Below are positions 1 through 11,252 of a stretch of DNA of 64,000 nt, in pieces. This stretch comes from Sumerlaeia bacterium (GTDB lineage Bacteria > Sumerlaeota > Sumerlaeia > SLMS01 > JAHLLQ01). The position numbers and the translations under genes were made by a program. How positions within the stretch are numbered: position 1 is the first letter of the stretch; the number at the start of each line of letters is the position of its first letter. The notes beneath the pieces are model-generated. The model saw only the letters and a list, made by a program, of their open reading frames with translations, was not told where the DNA came from and made no database searches. The DNA is taken from positions 268,582 through 332,581 of the forward strand of contig JAVJSW010000060.1 of the NCBI GenBank assembly GCA_040219255.1. Reading direction: 5' to 3'.

Positions 1-1
1 C

Positions 2-1198
2 AACATGGGCATCACGGCGGTGGATGTGCGCGAGTCCTTCGCCGGCGACTTCGAATACCAGATCTTCGTATCCGTCACCAATTCTTCGGCTGAAGAAAAG
101 GAAGCCTACATCGAACTCCAGGCCGACGGCGAAGTCCTCGATCTGAAAGCCGCTGCCGTGCCACCGGGGGGAACCTCCGGCGTGGTGTTCTCGACCGGCG
201 AAATCCTCGACGGTATCGCGACGATCCGTCTCGATGGAGAGGACGCCCTGTCCCTCGACAACACCGCCCGCGTCCGCATCCAGCCCCCCACCGACATCAG
301 CATCCTGGTGGTTTCCAACGGCAACTTCTTTATTGAGCAAGCCCTCAGCGTGGACCCCCGCGTCAAAGTCAGCCGCATTTCCCCCGCTGGCTACACCCCC
401 AGCGAAGAATACGACATCGTCATCTTCGACAACGCCACATCGGGCGAGCTGCCCCCCGGCAACTTCGTCTTTATCAACAGTCTGCCCCCGCTCGAAACGT
501 TCGCCGAGGGCGCCGAAAATGTCAGCAATCCCCGCATTATCGACTGGAACCGGGTCCATCCGCTGACCCGCTACGTGAATTTCGAGGACGTCCTGATCGG
601 CCAGGCCATGGACATCGCCGCCCCGCGCGCCGCGTTGCCGATCCTGCAGGCGGTCGAGACGGACCTGATCACCCTGACCGAGACGGAAACACAGAAGTTC
701 CTCGTGATCGGCTTTGATGTCTTCAAGAGCTATTGGCCCGTCGATGTTTCGTTCCCTATTTTCATCGCTAACATGATCGACTATTTTTCGCGGTCCGGGT
801 CGGGGATTCTTCGGCCCAGCTACTCCACCGGCGAGACCATCGCCCTGATTCCCGGGCGCGAGGACACGAAAGTCACCGTCACCACACCCGCCGGCGAGAC
901 GCTCGATTTTCCCCTCGAAGGCATCAGCACGGCCTACCTGACCGAGACTTCGCGGGCCGGCATTTACAGTGCCAGCTACGACTCCCGGGCGGTGGTGGAC
1001 TTGCTGCCGGTGAACATGCTCTCCTTCGATGAAACGATCATCGCGCCGCGCGAGTCCCTGGTCGTGGGCGGCAGCGAAATTATCGGCAGCGACGAAAAGG
1101 TCCGCACCGATCAGGAAGTCTGGCACTGGTTCGTTCTGGCGGCCTTGGGAATCCTGATGGTGGAATGGGCGATTTATTGTCGCAGGACTTTTATGTAA
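2..1198 (+). CDS. 5'-partial BatA/VWA-associated membrane-anchored protein (C-terminal part)
   Basis: Frame open from window start; D-x-L-x-x-D-N motif (EDALSLDNTA), C-terminal W-H-W...LMVEW transmembrane segment typical of BatA/VWA-domain proteins. Confidence 0.65.
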   Translation, partial: NMGITAVDVRESFAGDFEYQIFVSVTNSSAEEKEAYIELQADGEVLDLKAAAVPPGGTSGVVFSTGEILDGIATIRLDGEDALSLDNTARVRIQPPTDISILVVSNGNFFIEQALSVDPRVKVSRISPAGYTPSEEYDIVIFDNATSGELPPGNFVFINSLPPLETFAEGAENVSNPRIIDWNRVHPLTRYVNFEDVLIGQAMDIAAPRAALPILQAVETDLITLTETETQKFLVIGFDVFKSYWPVDVSFPIFIANMIDYFSRSGSGILRPSYSTGETIALIPGREDTKVTVTTPAGETLDFPLEGISTAYLTETSRAGIYSASYDSRAVVDLLPVNMLSFDETIIAPRESLVVGGSEIIGSDEKVRTDQEVWHWFVLAALGILMVEWAIYCRRTFM

Positions 1199-1300
1199 TT
1201 CTGAATAGTCTTTGGCCGAAGTTCGATTCAGATTGAAACGCCCTGCCCGCCTCGCTAGCCCTGCTTAGCTCTTATCCCCCCTTCTTTAAAGGACCAAGAG

Positions 1301-1975
1301 ATGCCAAGCTCTCGAAGGCTGGCCGGGCTCCTCTGTGTGACCCTGGCCGCCATCTCTTCCTCCGCCCAATCCCCATCGCTGCCCGGCGACGCCAACGGCG
1401 ATGGGGTCCTGGACGTGGCCGATCTCGAACGGCTCGAACTCCACTTCTCCGGCGCCAATCCGCTTCCCGCAGGCACCCTTGCCTGCCTGGACGCGGACAA
1501 TGACGGACAGGTGACCCGCTCCGACTTCGACGCCCTCCGCACCGCTCTTCTTGAGCACCAACCCTTTCCCGCCACCTGCCCCACGCCCACCCCGACCATG
1601 ACCCCCACGGTCACGGCGTCGCCGACGCCCACGCCGACGTTGACCCCGACGCCGACGCCCGAGCCCGGGGATCTGGTGGTCCTCTCGCTTGCGGCCGTCA
1701 GCTACTATCGGCAAGCCGACCCTCGGGACCTCAACGACCGGGAGCAAGCGGTCGAAGCCCACCCCGCCTCCTTCTGGCGTCCCACCACGCTCGATACGCC
1801 ACGCGAGTCCCAAACCGTCTTCAATCCAACGTCTTACCTTCGTCCCACCACGCTCGAAGCGCCACGCGAGACCCAGACCGTCTTTGGCCCAACGTCCTAC
1901 GTTCGCTTCGCCCCCTTCGTTCCGTCTGGCACAAACACTCTTCAAACCAACGCCCCCAGCTTCGATCGCCCCTAA
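1301..1975 (+). CDS. Secreted dockerin-like (paired EF-hand) protein with Pro/Thr linker and C-terminal S[YF]xR repeats
   Basis: Signal peptide; GDANGDGVLDVAD and DADNDGQVTRSD Ca-binding loops; (PT)n linker. Confidence 0.75.
   Translation: MPSSRRLAGLLCVTLAAISSSAQSPSLPGDANGDGVLDVADLERLELHFSGANPLPAGTLACLDADNDGQVTRSDFDALRTALLEHQPFPATCPTPTPTMTPTVTASPTPTPTLTPTPTPEPGDLVVLSLAAVSYYRQADPRDLNDREQAVEAHPASFWRPTTLDTPRESQTVFNPTSYLRPTTLEAPRETQTVFGPTSYVRFAPFVPSGTNTLQTNAPSFDRP
1778..1903 (+). repeat. 63-nt tandem duplication inside the dockerin-protein CDS
   Basis: cgtcccaccacgctcga... at 1778 and 1841; encodes RPTTLDTPRESQTVFNPTSYL / RPTTLEAPRETQTVFGPTSYV. Confidence 0.9.
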
Positions 1976-1997
1976 CTTCCCAAAGGTCCCAACACCA

Positions 1998-3308
1998 ATG
2001 ATTCGCAAGTCTTTCTCTCACACCAAAACCCTCGTCGCCGGACTCGCGGCGGCGCTCCTGGCCGGTTCGGCCTTCGCCCAATTCGTCAGCGGAAGCAACG
2101 GCGAGGACGGCGAATTGCTCGTCGCCTCGAACATGACCCTGCCACTGCAAGACGACGGCGTGCATGAATACACCACCATCACCATCGAAGCCGGCGCGAC
2201 ACTGACCATCTCGCCGAACGCGAACAACACCCCGGTCTTTTTCCTGGCCAGCGGCCCCATCGTGGTCAACGGCACGATCAACGTGGCCGGGGCCAACGGG
2301 TTGCAACCAAGCAACACCGCCCCCTCCGTACCTGGAAACGAGGCGGACGGCGGCGCCGGGGGCTATGCGGGAGGTCTCGGCGCTCTGCCTGTTCCACTTG
2401 GCGGCGACGGGATTGCAACGTCCGGTCAGGGACCAGGCGGTGGACTTGCGTCCCTGAGTATCGGGGCGACGATAGGCAGAGCAGGTAACGGTGGCAGCCA
2501 TCGCGCGGCAGGCGGCATCGGTTCCGGGAGCGAACAGCCCGCGGCGCCAACTTATGGCGATCCACTCTTGCAAACGCTGCGCGGCGGCTCCGGCGGCGCG
2601 GGCAGCAATTATCAAGCCACTCAAGAGGGGACGCGTTCTAGCGGCGGCGGCGGCGGCGGCGGCGGCGCCATCCTGCTCGCCAGTTCCGACTCCATCACGA
2701 TCGACGGGATCGTGGACGCCCGCGGTGGAAACGGGGGAGGCGGTGTCTTTTCCGATGGAGGTGGATCCAGTGGAGCCGGAGGTGGCGCCGGCGGAGCCAT
2801 CCGCGTCGTCGCGGATACCGTTTCCGGCACGGGGCAGTTGCTGGCCAGCGGTGGAGCAGCCGGCGCTGGAACAAGCATCGGGGGTGCCGGTGGCAATGGA
2901 TGGATCCGCATCGAAACCTTCGCCGTGTCCGGGACGCTCCCGGCGAATTCGCGGCCCGGTCCGCTCTCCGGCGCGCCTAACCCCGTCGTCCGGCCCGGCG
3001 ATGCAAACCTGCCTTCCTTCCGTATCGTCTCCATCGGCGGCATCGACGTGCCCGAGCCCGCCAGCGGAAGCCTCGCCGCCCCCGACGTAATCTTCACGCC
3101 CCAGACCCCGAGCACCGTGACCATCGTCATCGAAACCGAAAACATCCCCGACGGCGCGATCATCAACCTGCGTATTCCCCTCGAAACGGGTGAAGTCCTC
3201 ACCGTTTCCACCCCTCCCGTGGTGAACGATGGAACCAGTGTGGATGTGATGATCCCGAACGGCTTTGGCGTGATTTACGGCTCGGCGGAGTTCAATCCCA
3301 CTCGCTAA
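1998..3308 (+). CDS. Secreted glycine-rich protein
   Basis: Likely start ATG 1998 (MIRKSF...AGSAFA signal peptide); GSGGAG / GGGGGGAI / GGGAGGAI Gly-rich repeats. Confidence 0.75.
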   Translation: MIRKSFSHTKTLVAGLAAALLAGSAFAQFVSGSNGEDGELLVASNMTLPLQDDGVHEYTTITIEAGATLTISPNANNTPVFFLASGPIVVNGTINVAGANGLQPSNTAPSVPGNEADGGAGGYAGGLGALPVPLGGDGIATSGQGPGGGLASLSIGATIGRAGNGGSHRAAGGIGSGSEQPAAPTYGDPLLQTLRGGSGGAGSNYQATQEGTRSSGGGGGGGGAILLASSDSITIDGIVDARGGNGGGGVFSDGGGSSGAGGGAGGAIRVVADTVSGTGQLLASGGAAGAGTSIGGAGGNGWIRIETFAVSGTLPANSRPGPLSGAPNPVVRPGDANLPSFRIVSIGGIDVPEPASGSLAAPDVIFTPQTPSTVTIVIETENIPDGAIINLRIPLETGEVLTVSTPPVVNDGTSVDVMIPNGFGVIYGSAEFNPTR

Positions 3309-3362
3309 TCGCCAGCCCGCGCGCGAAACTTGCGGTGGAATTCTCTGGAAAGGAGAACTCCT

Positions 3363-4055
3363 ATGAGCCGCCAACCCTCGCGCACTTCCACAGAACCCGC
3401 CTTCGTCGACCGGGTCGACGCGGGACGCCGCCTGAGCGAGGAATGCCACGCCTATGGAGGGCCGGAGACCTTGGTCCTGGCCCTGCCGCGCGGGGGCGTT
3501 CCCGTCGGGGCCGAGGTGGCCGCCGAACTCGGTGGGACCCTCGATGTCCTGATTGTCCGGAAGGTCGGCCTCCCCGGCCAGCGTGAACTCGCCATGGGCG
3601 CCGTCGCCAGCGGCGGCGTCCAGATCACCAACCGTGCCATCGTCCGCCAGAGCGGCATTCGCCCGGAGGATTTCGACGCCGCGGCCCGCCGCGAGCTGGT
3701 CGAACTCGAACGGCGTGAAGCCCGCTATCGGGGCAAGCGCCCCTTCCCCACCTTGCGCAATCGCACTGTGATCCTGGTGGACGATGGCCTCGCCACCGGC
3801 GCCACGATGTACGCCGCCACGGAAGCGGTTCGTCAACTCGGCGCCGAGCAATTGGTGGTGGCCACGCCAGTGACATCGCGCCAGGCGCGTCAGGCGATCC
3901 AACCCCATGTCGATGATTTCATCAGCCTGATCGAACCCGAGGAGTTTCTTGCCGTCGGCTACTGGTACGCCGATTTCCCGCAGGTCAGCGACCAGGAAGT
4001 GATGGCGATTCTGGAGGACTGGCAGCGTCCTCAGGGGCGAGCCACGCGCGGATGA
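3363..4055 (+). CDS. Phosphoribosyltransferase family protein
   Basis: LALPRGGVPVG and ILVDDGLATGAT PRPP-binding motif; AGGAGA RBS before ATG 3363. Confidence 0.9.
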   Translation: MSRQPSRTSTEPAFVDRVDAGRRLSEECHAYGGPETLVLALPRGGVPVGAEVAAELGGTLDVLIVRKVGLPGQRELAMGAVASGGVQITNRAIVRQSGIRPEDFDAAARRELVELERREARYRGKRPFPTLRNRTVILVDDGLATGATMYAATEAVRQLGAEQLVVATPVTSRQARQAIQPHVDDFISLIEPEEFLAVGYWYADFPQVSDQEVMAILEDWQRPQGRATRG

Positions 4056-5043
4056 CGAATTCGGCGGGCTTTCCGCGCGGAGAATAGCCGCGCTCGGGCT
4101 GGGTCTCAAAGCCGAGCCACTTGTAGAAAAACACCCCGCCCAACTCCGGCCGGCCATCCCAGGCCGAGATAAACGCCTGATACGCCCGGGCTTGCTCGCG
4201 CAGGTCGGGCGGATTCTTCAGCGTGTAATCCCACGGATACACCGCGCCACCATCGAGCGACGGGTAGCCCACCTCCGTCAGCAGCAGCGGCAGGTGGTCG
4301 AGGGCCTGCTCGCGCCGCCACTCCAGGATGTCGCTCCGGAAGATGCGCCAAGCGCTGTCCAGCGCCGCCTGATCGGCATTCTGGTCCTTCGTCAATTCGT
4401 AATAGGACGATAGTCCGATGGCGTCCAACCGATCCCACCATAATTCTGGCCCGAAGAGGTGATCCCAGTTACAGGAGTAAGTCAGCGAGGTGGCGGCGCA
4501 TTCCGCGCGCACGGCGGAAATCGTTTCTTCCCATTGCTCAGCGTAGATTTCCAGGGAGGAGAACTCGCTGCCGATGCTAACCCAATCACAGTTTTCCTCA
4601 TTCGCGATCCGAGCATAGTGAAGTATCCACGATCGATAATCTTCGAACCAGGCATCCAGGTCCGCCGGCGCCATATTGCCCCGCCATTCGTCGGGCCCGG
4701 GCGATTCGAGGAGCACGATGGGGAACAGCAGCGTCGCCATGCCGCGCGCGTGGCATTGGCGGATCGTGCGGCGCAGGGCGTTGTCCGGTATGGTGCGCCC
4801 GGCCTTGCGGTAGATTTCGGTCGAGGTGCCGTTCTCCTGAAGCAGCACCACTGTCAGGTTCACCGCGTTGACGCCCAGGGCCCCCAACTCGTCGATGGCG
4901 AACCCGTAATCGAAATCCGGGTCCGCGGCGTAGAGGGGCAGCACCGCGCCGCGCAGCTCGGGCGGCTGGGCGGGGAGCGGCGCGCTCTGAGTGAAAACCC
5001 ACATAAGGGCCAGAAAGGCCATTATTCCCCGGCGCGCTCTCAT
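3985..5043 (-). CDS. Secreted TIM-barrel glycoside hydrolase (GH113-like)
   Basis: Signal peptide; WRG, IGSE, TYSCNWD, LTEVGYPS motifs with two putative catalytic Glu; start overlaps HAD stop. Confidence 0.75.
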   Translation of the reverse strand: MRARRGIMAFLALMWVFTQSAPLPAQPPELRGAVLPLYAADPDFDYGFAIDELGALGVNAVNLTVVLLQENGTSTEIYRKAGRTIPDNALRRTIRQCHARGMATLLFPIVLLESPGPDEWRGNMAPADLDAWFEDYRSWILHYARIANEENCDWVSIGSEFSSLEIYAEQWEETISAVRAECAATSLTYSCNWDHLFGPELWWDRLDAIGLSSYYELTKDQNADQAALDSAWRIFRSDILEWRREQALDHLPLLLTEVGYPSLDGGAVYPWDYTLKNPPDLREQARAYQAFISAWDGRPELGGVFFYKWLGFETQPERGYSPRGKPAEFVIRAWLAPEDAASPPESPSLPGR

Positions 5044-5708
5044 CCCCGGGCGCCCGCCGAGAGTTCCTCGATCAGCGAGTCGAGGGTTCGCTCGGCCATG
5101 GACTCGAGAACGAAATCGGCCATGGAAAAATCCAGCCGCCGCGTGATGCCGTTGGGGATGATGGCCACGTGCATGCCCGCCGCCTTGGCCGCCACGAGGC
5201 CGTTGCGCGAGTCCTCGAAGACCAGGCAATTCCGCGGCGCGACGTTCAGGCGTTCCGCCGCCAGGAAAAACAGCGCTGGGTCCGGCTTGGTCTTTTCCAC
5301 CTCGTCGCCGGTGGCGAATTGCTCGAAATGCGCGATCAGGCCAAGGCGCTCCAGGTGCCCCGTGACCCATTCGCGGCCGCTGCTGCTGGCGACGCCCCGG
5401 CGCAGGCCCCGGGCCACCACGGAGGCGATCATCTCAGGTACGCCGGGCCGGGGCGGCGAGGCCTCGATGCGTGGCAGGTAGCGGGCCTTCACCTCAGCCA
5501 CGATGGCGTCGCGGTCGATGGGGGCGCCGGTTTTTTCTTCCATGTAGCGATAGACGTCGAAGTGGTCCGACGACCCGACGATGTTGGCCCAGACATCGAT
5601 GGGCAGTTCGGCGCCGCGATCGCGGAAAAGTTCGGCGAAAATCTCGTAGGTCGGCGTCTCCGTGTCCAGAATCAGCCCATCGAAATCGAAAATCACAGCT
5701 TCAATCAT
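5040..5708 (-). CDS. HAD-superfamily hydrolase (subfamily IA)
   Basis: FDFDGLILDT, KPDP and FEDS motifs. Confidence 0.92.
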   Translation of the reverse strand: MIEAVIFDFDGLILDTETPTYEIFAELFRDRGAELPIDVWANIVGSSDHFDVYRYMEEKTGAPIDRDAIVAEVKARYLPRIEASPPRPGVPEMIASVVARGLRRGVASSSGREWVTGHLERLGLIAHFEQFATGDEVEKTKPDPALFFLAAERLNVAPRNCLVFEDSRNGLVAAKAAGMHVAIIPNGITRRLDFSMADFVLESMAERTLDSLIEELSAGARG

Positions 5709-5750
5709 CAGGTCCCAGTCCTCGGCGAAGTCGCATCAGGCCAGAGCAAA

Positions 5751-7838
<2,088 letters not shown>

Positions 7839-7866
7839 TCAAGACGTATTGGCGGGGGAAATTATG

Positions 7867-7930
7867 GCCACAGATGACGCGGATGGACACCGATCAAAAA
7901 AACATCTGCGCTCTCTGCGTCATCTGAGGC
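7867..7930. repeat. Intergenic imperfect inverted repeat, CACAGA 9-nt-periodic family
   Basis: gccacagatgacgcggatggacaccgat ... atctgcgctctctgcgtcatctgaggc. Confidence 0.75.
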
Positions 7931-7936
7931 AGGAAA

Positions 7937-8758
7937 TCAAATCCCATCGCTCATGTAGGTGTGGATGCCGCACTCGGTTTTCTGGCTGCCGCTCCATCGG
8001 CCGGCGCGTTCGTCCTGGCCATCGGCGACGGGTTTGGTGCAGGGCGCGCAGCCGATGCTCTTGTAGCCTTCGAGGAACAGCGGGTGGACGGGGACATCGT
8101 GTTCGTCGATGTACTTCCACAGGTCGCGCTTCGACCAGTTGGCGAAGGGATTGATCTTCACCAGGGGCTCGCGGCCGGGGCGTTCGCTGACTTCCAGGAT
8201 TTTGGTGCGTTGGCGGATTTCGCTATGGTCGCTGCGGCGGATGCTGGTCACATAGGCCGACCGGCCGGACAGCGCGCGGCGCAGCGGCTCGACCTTGTTC
8301 AGGAAGCAGCACAAATCCGTGCCGACATGGGCGTGGCGGCGGGCTTCCTGGGGCACGTCGATCCCGTCCAGGTTCTCGCGCTTGTTCAGGTCGTCCGGGA
8401 ACTTGGCCAGGAAGGCCTCGCGGCCGCCCTGATAGCCCCAGGCTTCCACCTTCAGATTGTAGAGATCGCGGATATGATCGCGGAATCGGATGGTGTCTTC
8501 AAAGTGATAACCGGTTTCCAGAAAGATCACCGGGACGCGGTTGTCCACCTCGGACAGCATCCGCAGCAGCGCCCCCGACGACGCGCCGAAGGACGACGTG
8601 GCGGCGAAGCGCTCGGGGCCGTAAGTCCTCGCGGCCCAGGCAATAATGTCCCGAGCGGTCCAGGACTCCATCTCCTCGGACAACGCGCGCAGCTCCTCCA
8701 CCGTGGGCAGGGAAGAGACGGGGGGCTCGAGTTGAGCGAAAGCGGCCGTGGCGGTCAT
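7937..8758 (-). CDS. cysH: Adenylyl-/phosphoadenylyl-sulfate reductase (APS-reductase type, Fe-S motif present)
   Basis: TSSFG, FLETGYHF, CC...SIGCAPCT, ERAGRW...KTECGIH. Confidence 0.93.
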   Translation of the reverse strand: MTATAAFAQLEPPVSSLPTVEELRALSEEMESWTARDIIAWAARTYGPERFAATSSFGASSGALLRMLSEVDNRVPVIFLETGYHFEDTIRFRDHIRDLYNLKVEAWGYQGGREAFLAKFPDDLNKRENLDGIDVPQEARRHAHVGTDLCCFLNKVEPLRRALSGRSAYVTSIRRSDHSEIRQRTKILEVSERPGREPLVKINPFANWSKRDLWKYIDEHDVPVHPLFLEGYKSIGCAPCTKPVADGQDERAGRWSGSQKTECGIHTYMSDGI

Positions 8759-8783
8759 GGGGTGAACCTTTCCGAGGAAATAC

Positions 8784-8859
8784 TCCTACTTGCGGGTAGG
8801 AATTAGAGGCTAATCCCATGCCAACGCAAGGCGATTTCCTACTTGAAGGGTAGGAAATC
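8784..8859 (-). promoter_or_regulatory. Putative sigma54 promoter flanked by two TCCTAC-N6/7-GTAGGA palindromic operators upstream of cysH
   Basis: Palindromes at 8784-8801 and 8833-8859; minus-strand TGGCATG-GGAT-TAGC at 8823-8809. Confidence 0.6.
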
Positions 8860-8876
8860 CCGTAAGCGGAGGATTC

Positions 8877-10904
8877 TCAGCGCACAGACCAACCGGTCGG
8901 CGTGTCCACGGCTAGAGCGAATTCGCCCAGTTCGGTCAGGTCCGCAGCCGTGACGCGGTTACGGGCGTGGTCCCATGTGACGCCGGCAAGCAATTCGTCC
9001 CATGGGGCGTCGGGGCTGGGCCGGTGCATCAGGCGCAGGCCGCTCTCGCCGAGGCTCTGCACGTCGTCACCGATGTAGTCGAACTGCACCGTGGCGGTGT
9101 CCCATGGGGTTCCTTGGGCCGAAAGGGTCCACCGCGTGCGGGCGGTCTGGCTTGGGTTCAAACCAGTGAGGCCGCCGGTGCCGGTGGTCATCTCCACGAT
9201 GACAAGGCGCGAGGAAGCGGGTTCGCCCTTGGCGGCGGACTGGAATCCGGCGGAGACGCGGGCCTGTGGCGGCAAGTGCCCGTCTGGCCCGACGGAGCCA
9301 ATGGGGTAGAGGTGGCTTCGATCGGCCGGCAAAATCCGCCGGTAAGTCACCGTGGCCGGGCGGTCTTCGATCAGGCGGCCGGGATAAAGGACCCAGCCGG
9401 CGCTGTAGAGTTCCTGAACACTCATGCTGAGCGGGCTGACGGCGAGATCGTAGTAACCGTCGCCATCCAGGTCGCCCGCCAGGTCCACCGTCTCGCCAAA
9501 CTTGGCGCGGGCCACGGCGCCTTCGATTTGCCAGCCCGTGGCAGGTGTGAACTCCGACAGGCGCAGGGTTTCGGTGCCGCTCTGGCCATAAACGATGTAA
9601 ACGCTGCCGGTGTCGATCAGGGCCCCGAGGCCGGTGTTGTGCGCGCCCAGGGCCAAGTCCATGTGGCCATCGCGGTTCAGGTCGCCAAGGCCACAGCCAT
9701 CGATCCCCAGGTTATGGTGAGCGGCGGCGGCATGGATTCGATAGCCCGGCTGAGCGACACCGATGTCTTCCAGTCGGAAGCTTTGCCACTGTGAAGTCCC
9801 AAAGACGACGTAAGCTATCCCGGATGCCGGATTTCCGTCGGAGGGATCGATTCCGGCGCCCAGTAAGATGTCGTGAAATCCATCACCGTTCACGTCGCCG
9901 AGCCCACTGGCCTCTGTGATGCCGACGAATCCCCCGGTCTTGCGGATCGTGACTCGGCCCGGGCCGGGTTCGGTCAGCGAGAAAGGGGCGAAGTCCTCGC
10001 GGCCAAAGATCAGAACCAACGAGTCCTCGGCGGTTCCGGTTCCATCATCCGGGCGGACGCAGAAGTCCCCCAGCCCGTCGCCATTGAGATCGCCCAGGCC
10101 AGTGAAGCCCGAAGTCACGGCGTCGGAGCTAACCTTGACCGCTGTCATCTCGATCGCCCGGCCGTTCGCCACCATGGCGGGCAAGGGCTCCGGAGAGCGG
10201 CCACGTTGGCCAAAGATCAGATAGGCGGAGTCATCCACCGTGGTGGAGCCGGTTCCGGACGCGGCGATGAAATCCGGAATCCCGTCGCCGTTCACATCGC
10301 CCAGGCCTGCCAACTGCCTGCTGAAGAAATCGCCCTCGGCCAGGCCGTCGATGTCGTAGCCGCGGGGCGGAAAGATTTCAAGGTCCGTCAGGTCGCTTAA
10401 CTCGGCGCCACCAAACAGGACGAAAGCCCGGCCCTTGCGGTTTTCATAGCGCTCGGAACTCAGACCGAAATCCGCGAACCCATCACCGTCCAGATCGCCC
10501 AGCGCCGTGATCGAGCGCCCCGTGTCCCGAGGGACGAGGTTCTCGTGAATCCGAAAGCCCAGGCCATTCTGGGACAACGTCTCCAGGTTCAGGAGAGGAG
10601 ACGTTTCGCGCGCGCCGAAGACGACAAAGTTCTCGGTCCATTCCCGCGATGCCCCGCCTACCGACCCGATCAGCAAGTCCCCCAGTCCATCGCCGTTCAC
10701 ATCCCCGATGCCGGCGTTGTTGGGGCCGGTCAAGGCATAGCCTTTTGGTTCCTTGTGGAACACAAAACCGAAATCGCGGGCCTCGAGTTCCGTGATGGAA
10801 ACTCGGTTGGACTGCGCGGCCAGCGGCATCGCGCCCAGGCAGCCGAGCAGCAAACTGGCGAGTTGGAGGGTGCGGCGGCTGGCGGGGGAGGGCGAATCGG
10901 ACAT
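8877..10904 (-). CDS. Secreted FG-GAP (integrin-alpha beta-propeller) repeat protein
   Basis: Signal peptide; seven GD[VL][ND]GDGxxD-type repeats; C-terminal beta domain ending TPTGWSVR. Confidence 0.9.
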   Translation of the reverse strand: MSDSPSPASRRTLQLASLLLGCLGAMPLAAQSNRVSITELEARDFGFVFHKEPKGYALTGPNNAGIGDVNGDGLGDLLIGSVGGASREWTENFVVFGARETSPLLNLETLSQNGLGFRIHENLVPRDTGRSITALGDLDGDGFADFGLSSERYENRKGRAFVLFGGAELSDLTDLEIFPPRGYDIDGLAEGDFFSRQLAGLGDVNGDGIPDFIAASGTGSTTVDDSAYLIFGQRGRSPEPLPAMVANGRAIEMTAVKVSSDAVTSGFTGLGDLNGDGLGDFCVRPDDGTGTAEDSLVLIFGREDFAPFSLTEPGPGRVTIRKTGGFVGITEASGLGDVNGDGFHDILLGAGIDPSDGNPASGIAYVVFGTSQWQSFRLEDIGVAQPGYRIHAAAAHHNLGIDGCGLGDLNRDGHMDLALGAHNTGLGALIDTGSVYIVYGQSGTETLRLSEFTPATGWQIEGAVARAKFGETVDLAGDLDGDGYYDLAVSPLSMSVQELYSAGWVLYPGRLIEDRPATVTYRRILPADRSHLYPIGSVGPDGHLPPQARVSAGFQSAAKGEPASSRLVIVEMTTGTGGLTGLNPSQTARTRWTLSAQGTPWDTATVQFDYIGDDVQSLGESGLRLMHRPSPDAPWDELLAGVTWDHARNRVTAADLTELGEFALAVDTPTGWSVR

Positions 10905-10988
10905 TGCAGAGGGCTTTTCTATGATTTGTCGTCTGCCCGATTTCCTAGCCCTCAGTTTAACGCTGGGCAATCGAAATGGCGGCGGGCC

Positions 10989-11252
10989 TTAGCCCCCGCT
11001 CACCGGTGGCATCAGGGCCAGGCAGTCGCCGCTTTGCAGGAGGGCATCCGCTTCGGCCCATTCTTCGTTGATGGCGATCAGGATGCTGGCGCGCCAGCGA
11101 TCCAGCTTGGGATGGGCTTCGATCAGTTGGCCGATCAGGGAGTCGGCGGTGGTGCCGGCGGCAACTTCCACCACTTCCCGCTCGCGCCCGGTGGCGTCGC
11201 GCAGGGCCTGGAAATAGAGGACTTCGATGATCAGGGGGTCGGGCATTGTCAT
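10989..11252 (-). CDS. moaD: MoaD/ThiS-family sulfur carrier protein
   Basis: VLYFQALRDATG, AINEEW, C-terminal PPVSGG; ATGA overlap with upstream UDG. Confidence 0.85.
   Translation of the reverse strand: MTMPDPLIIEVLYFQALRDATGREREVVEVAAGTTADSLIGQLIEAHPKLDRWRASILIAINEEWAEADALLQSGDCLALMPPVSGG

Noticed and set aside
2643-2666. (GGC)8 simple repeat
   Set aside because: In-frame poly-Gly in a Gly-rich protein; length change would not shift frame, so not a phase-variation switch
3985-4055. Convergent 3' overlaps (also 33298-33318 and 59740-59789)
   Set aside because: Short tail-to-tail overlaps are common in GC-rich genomes; the overlapping tails are low complexity
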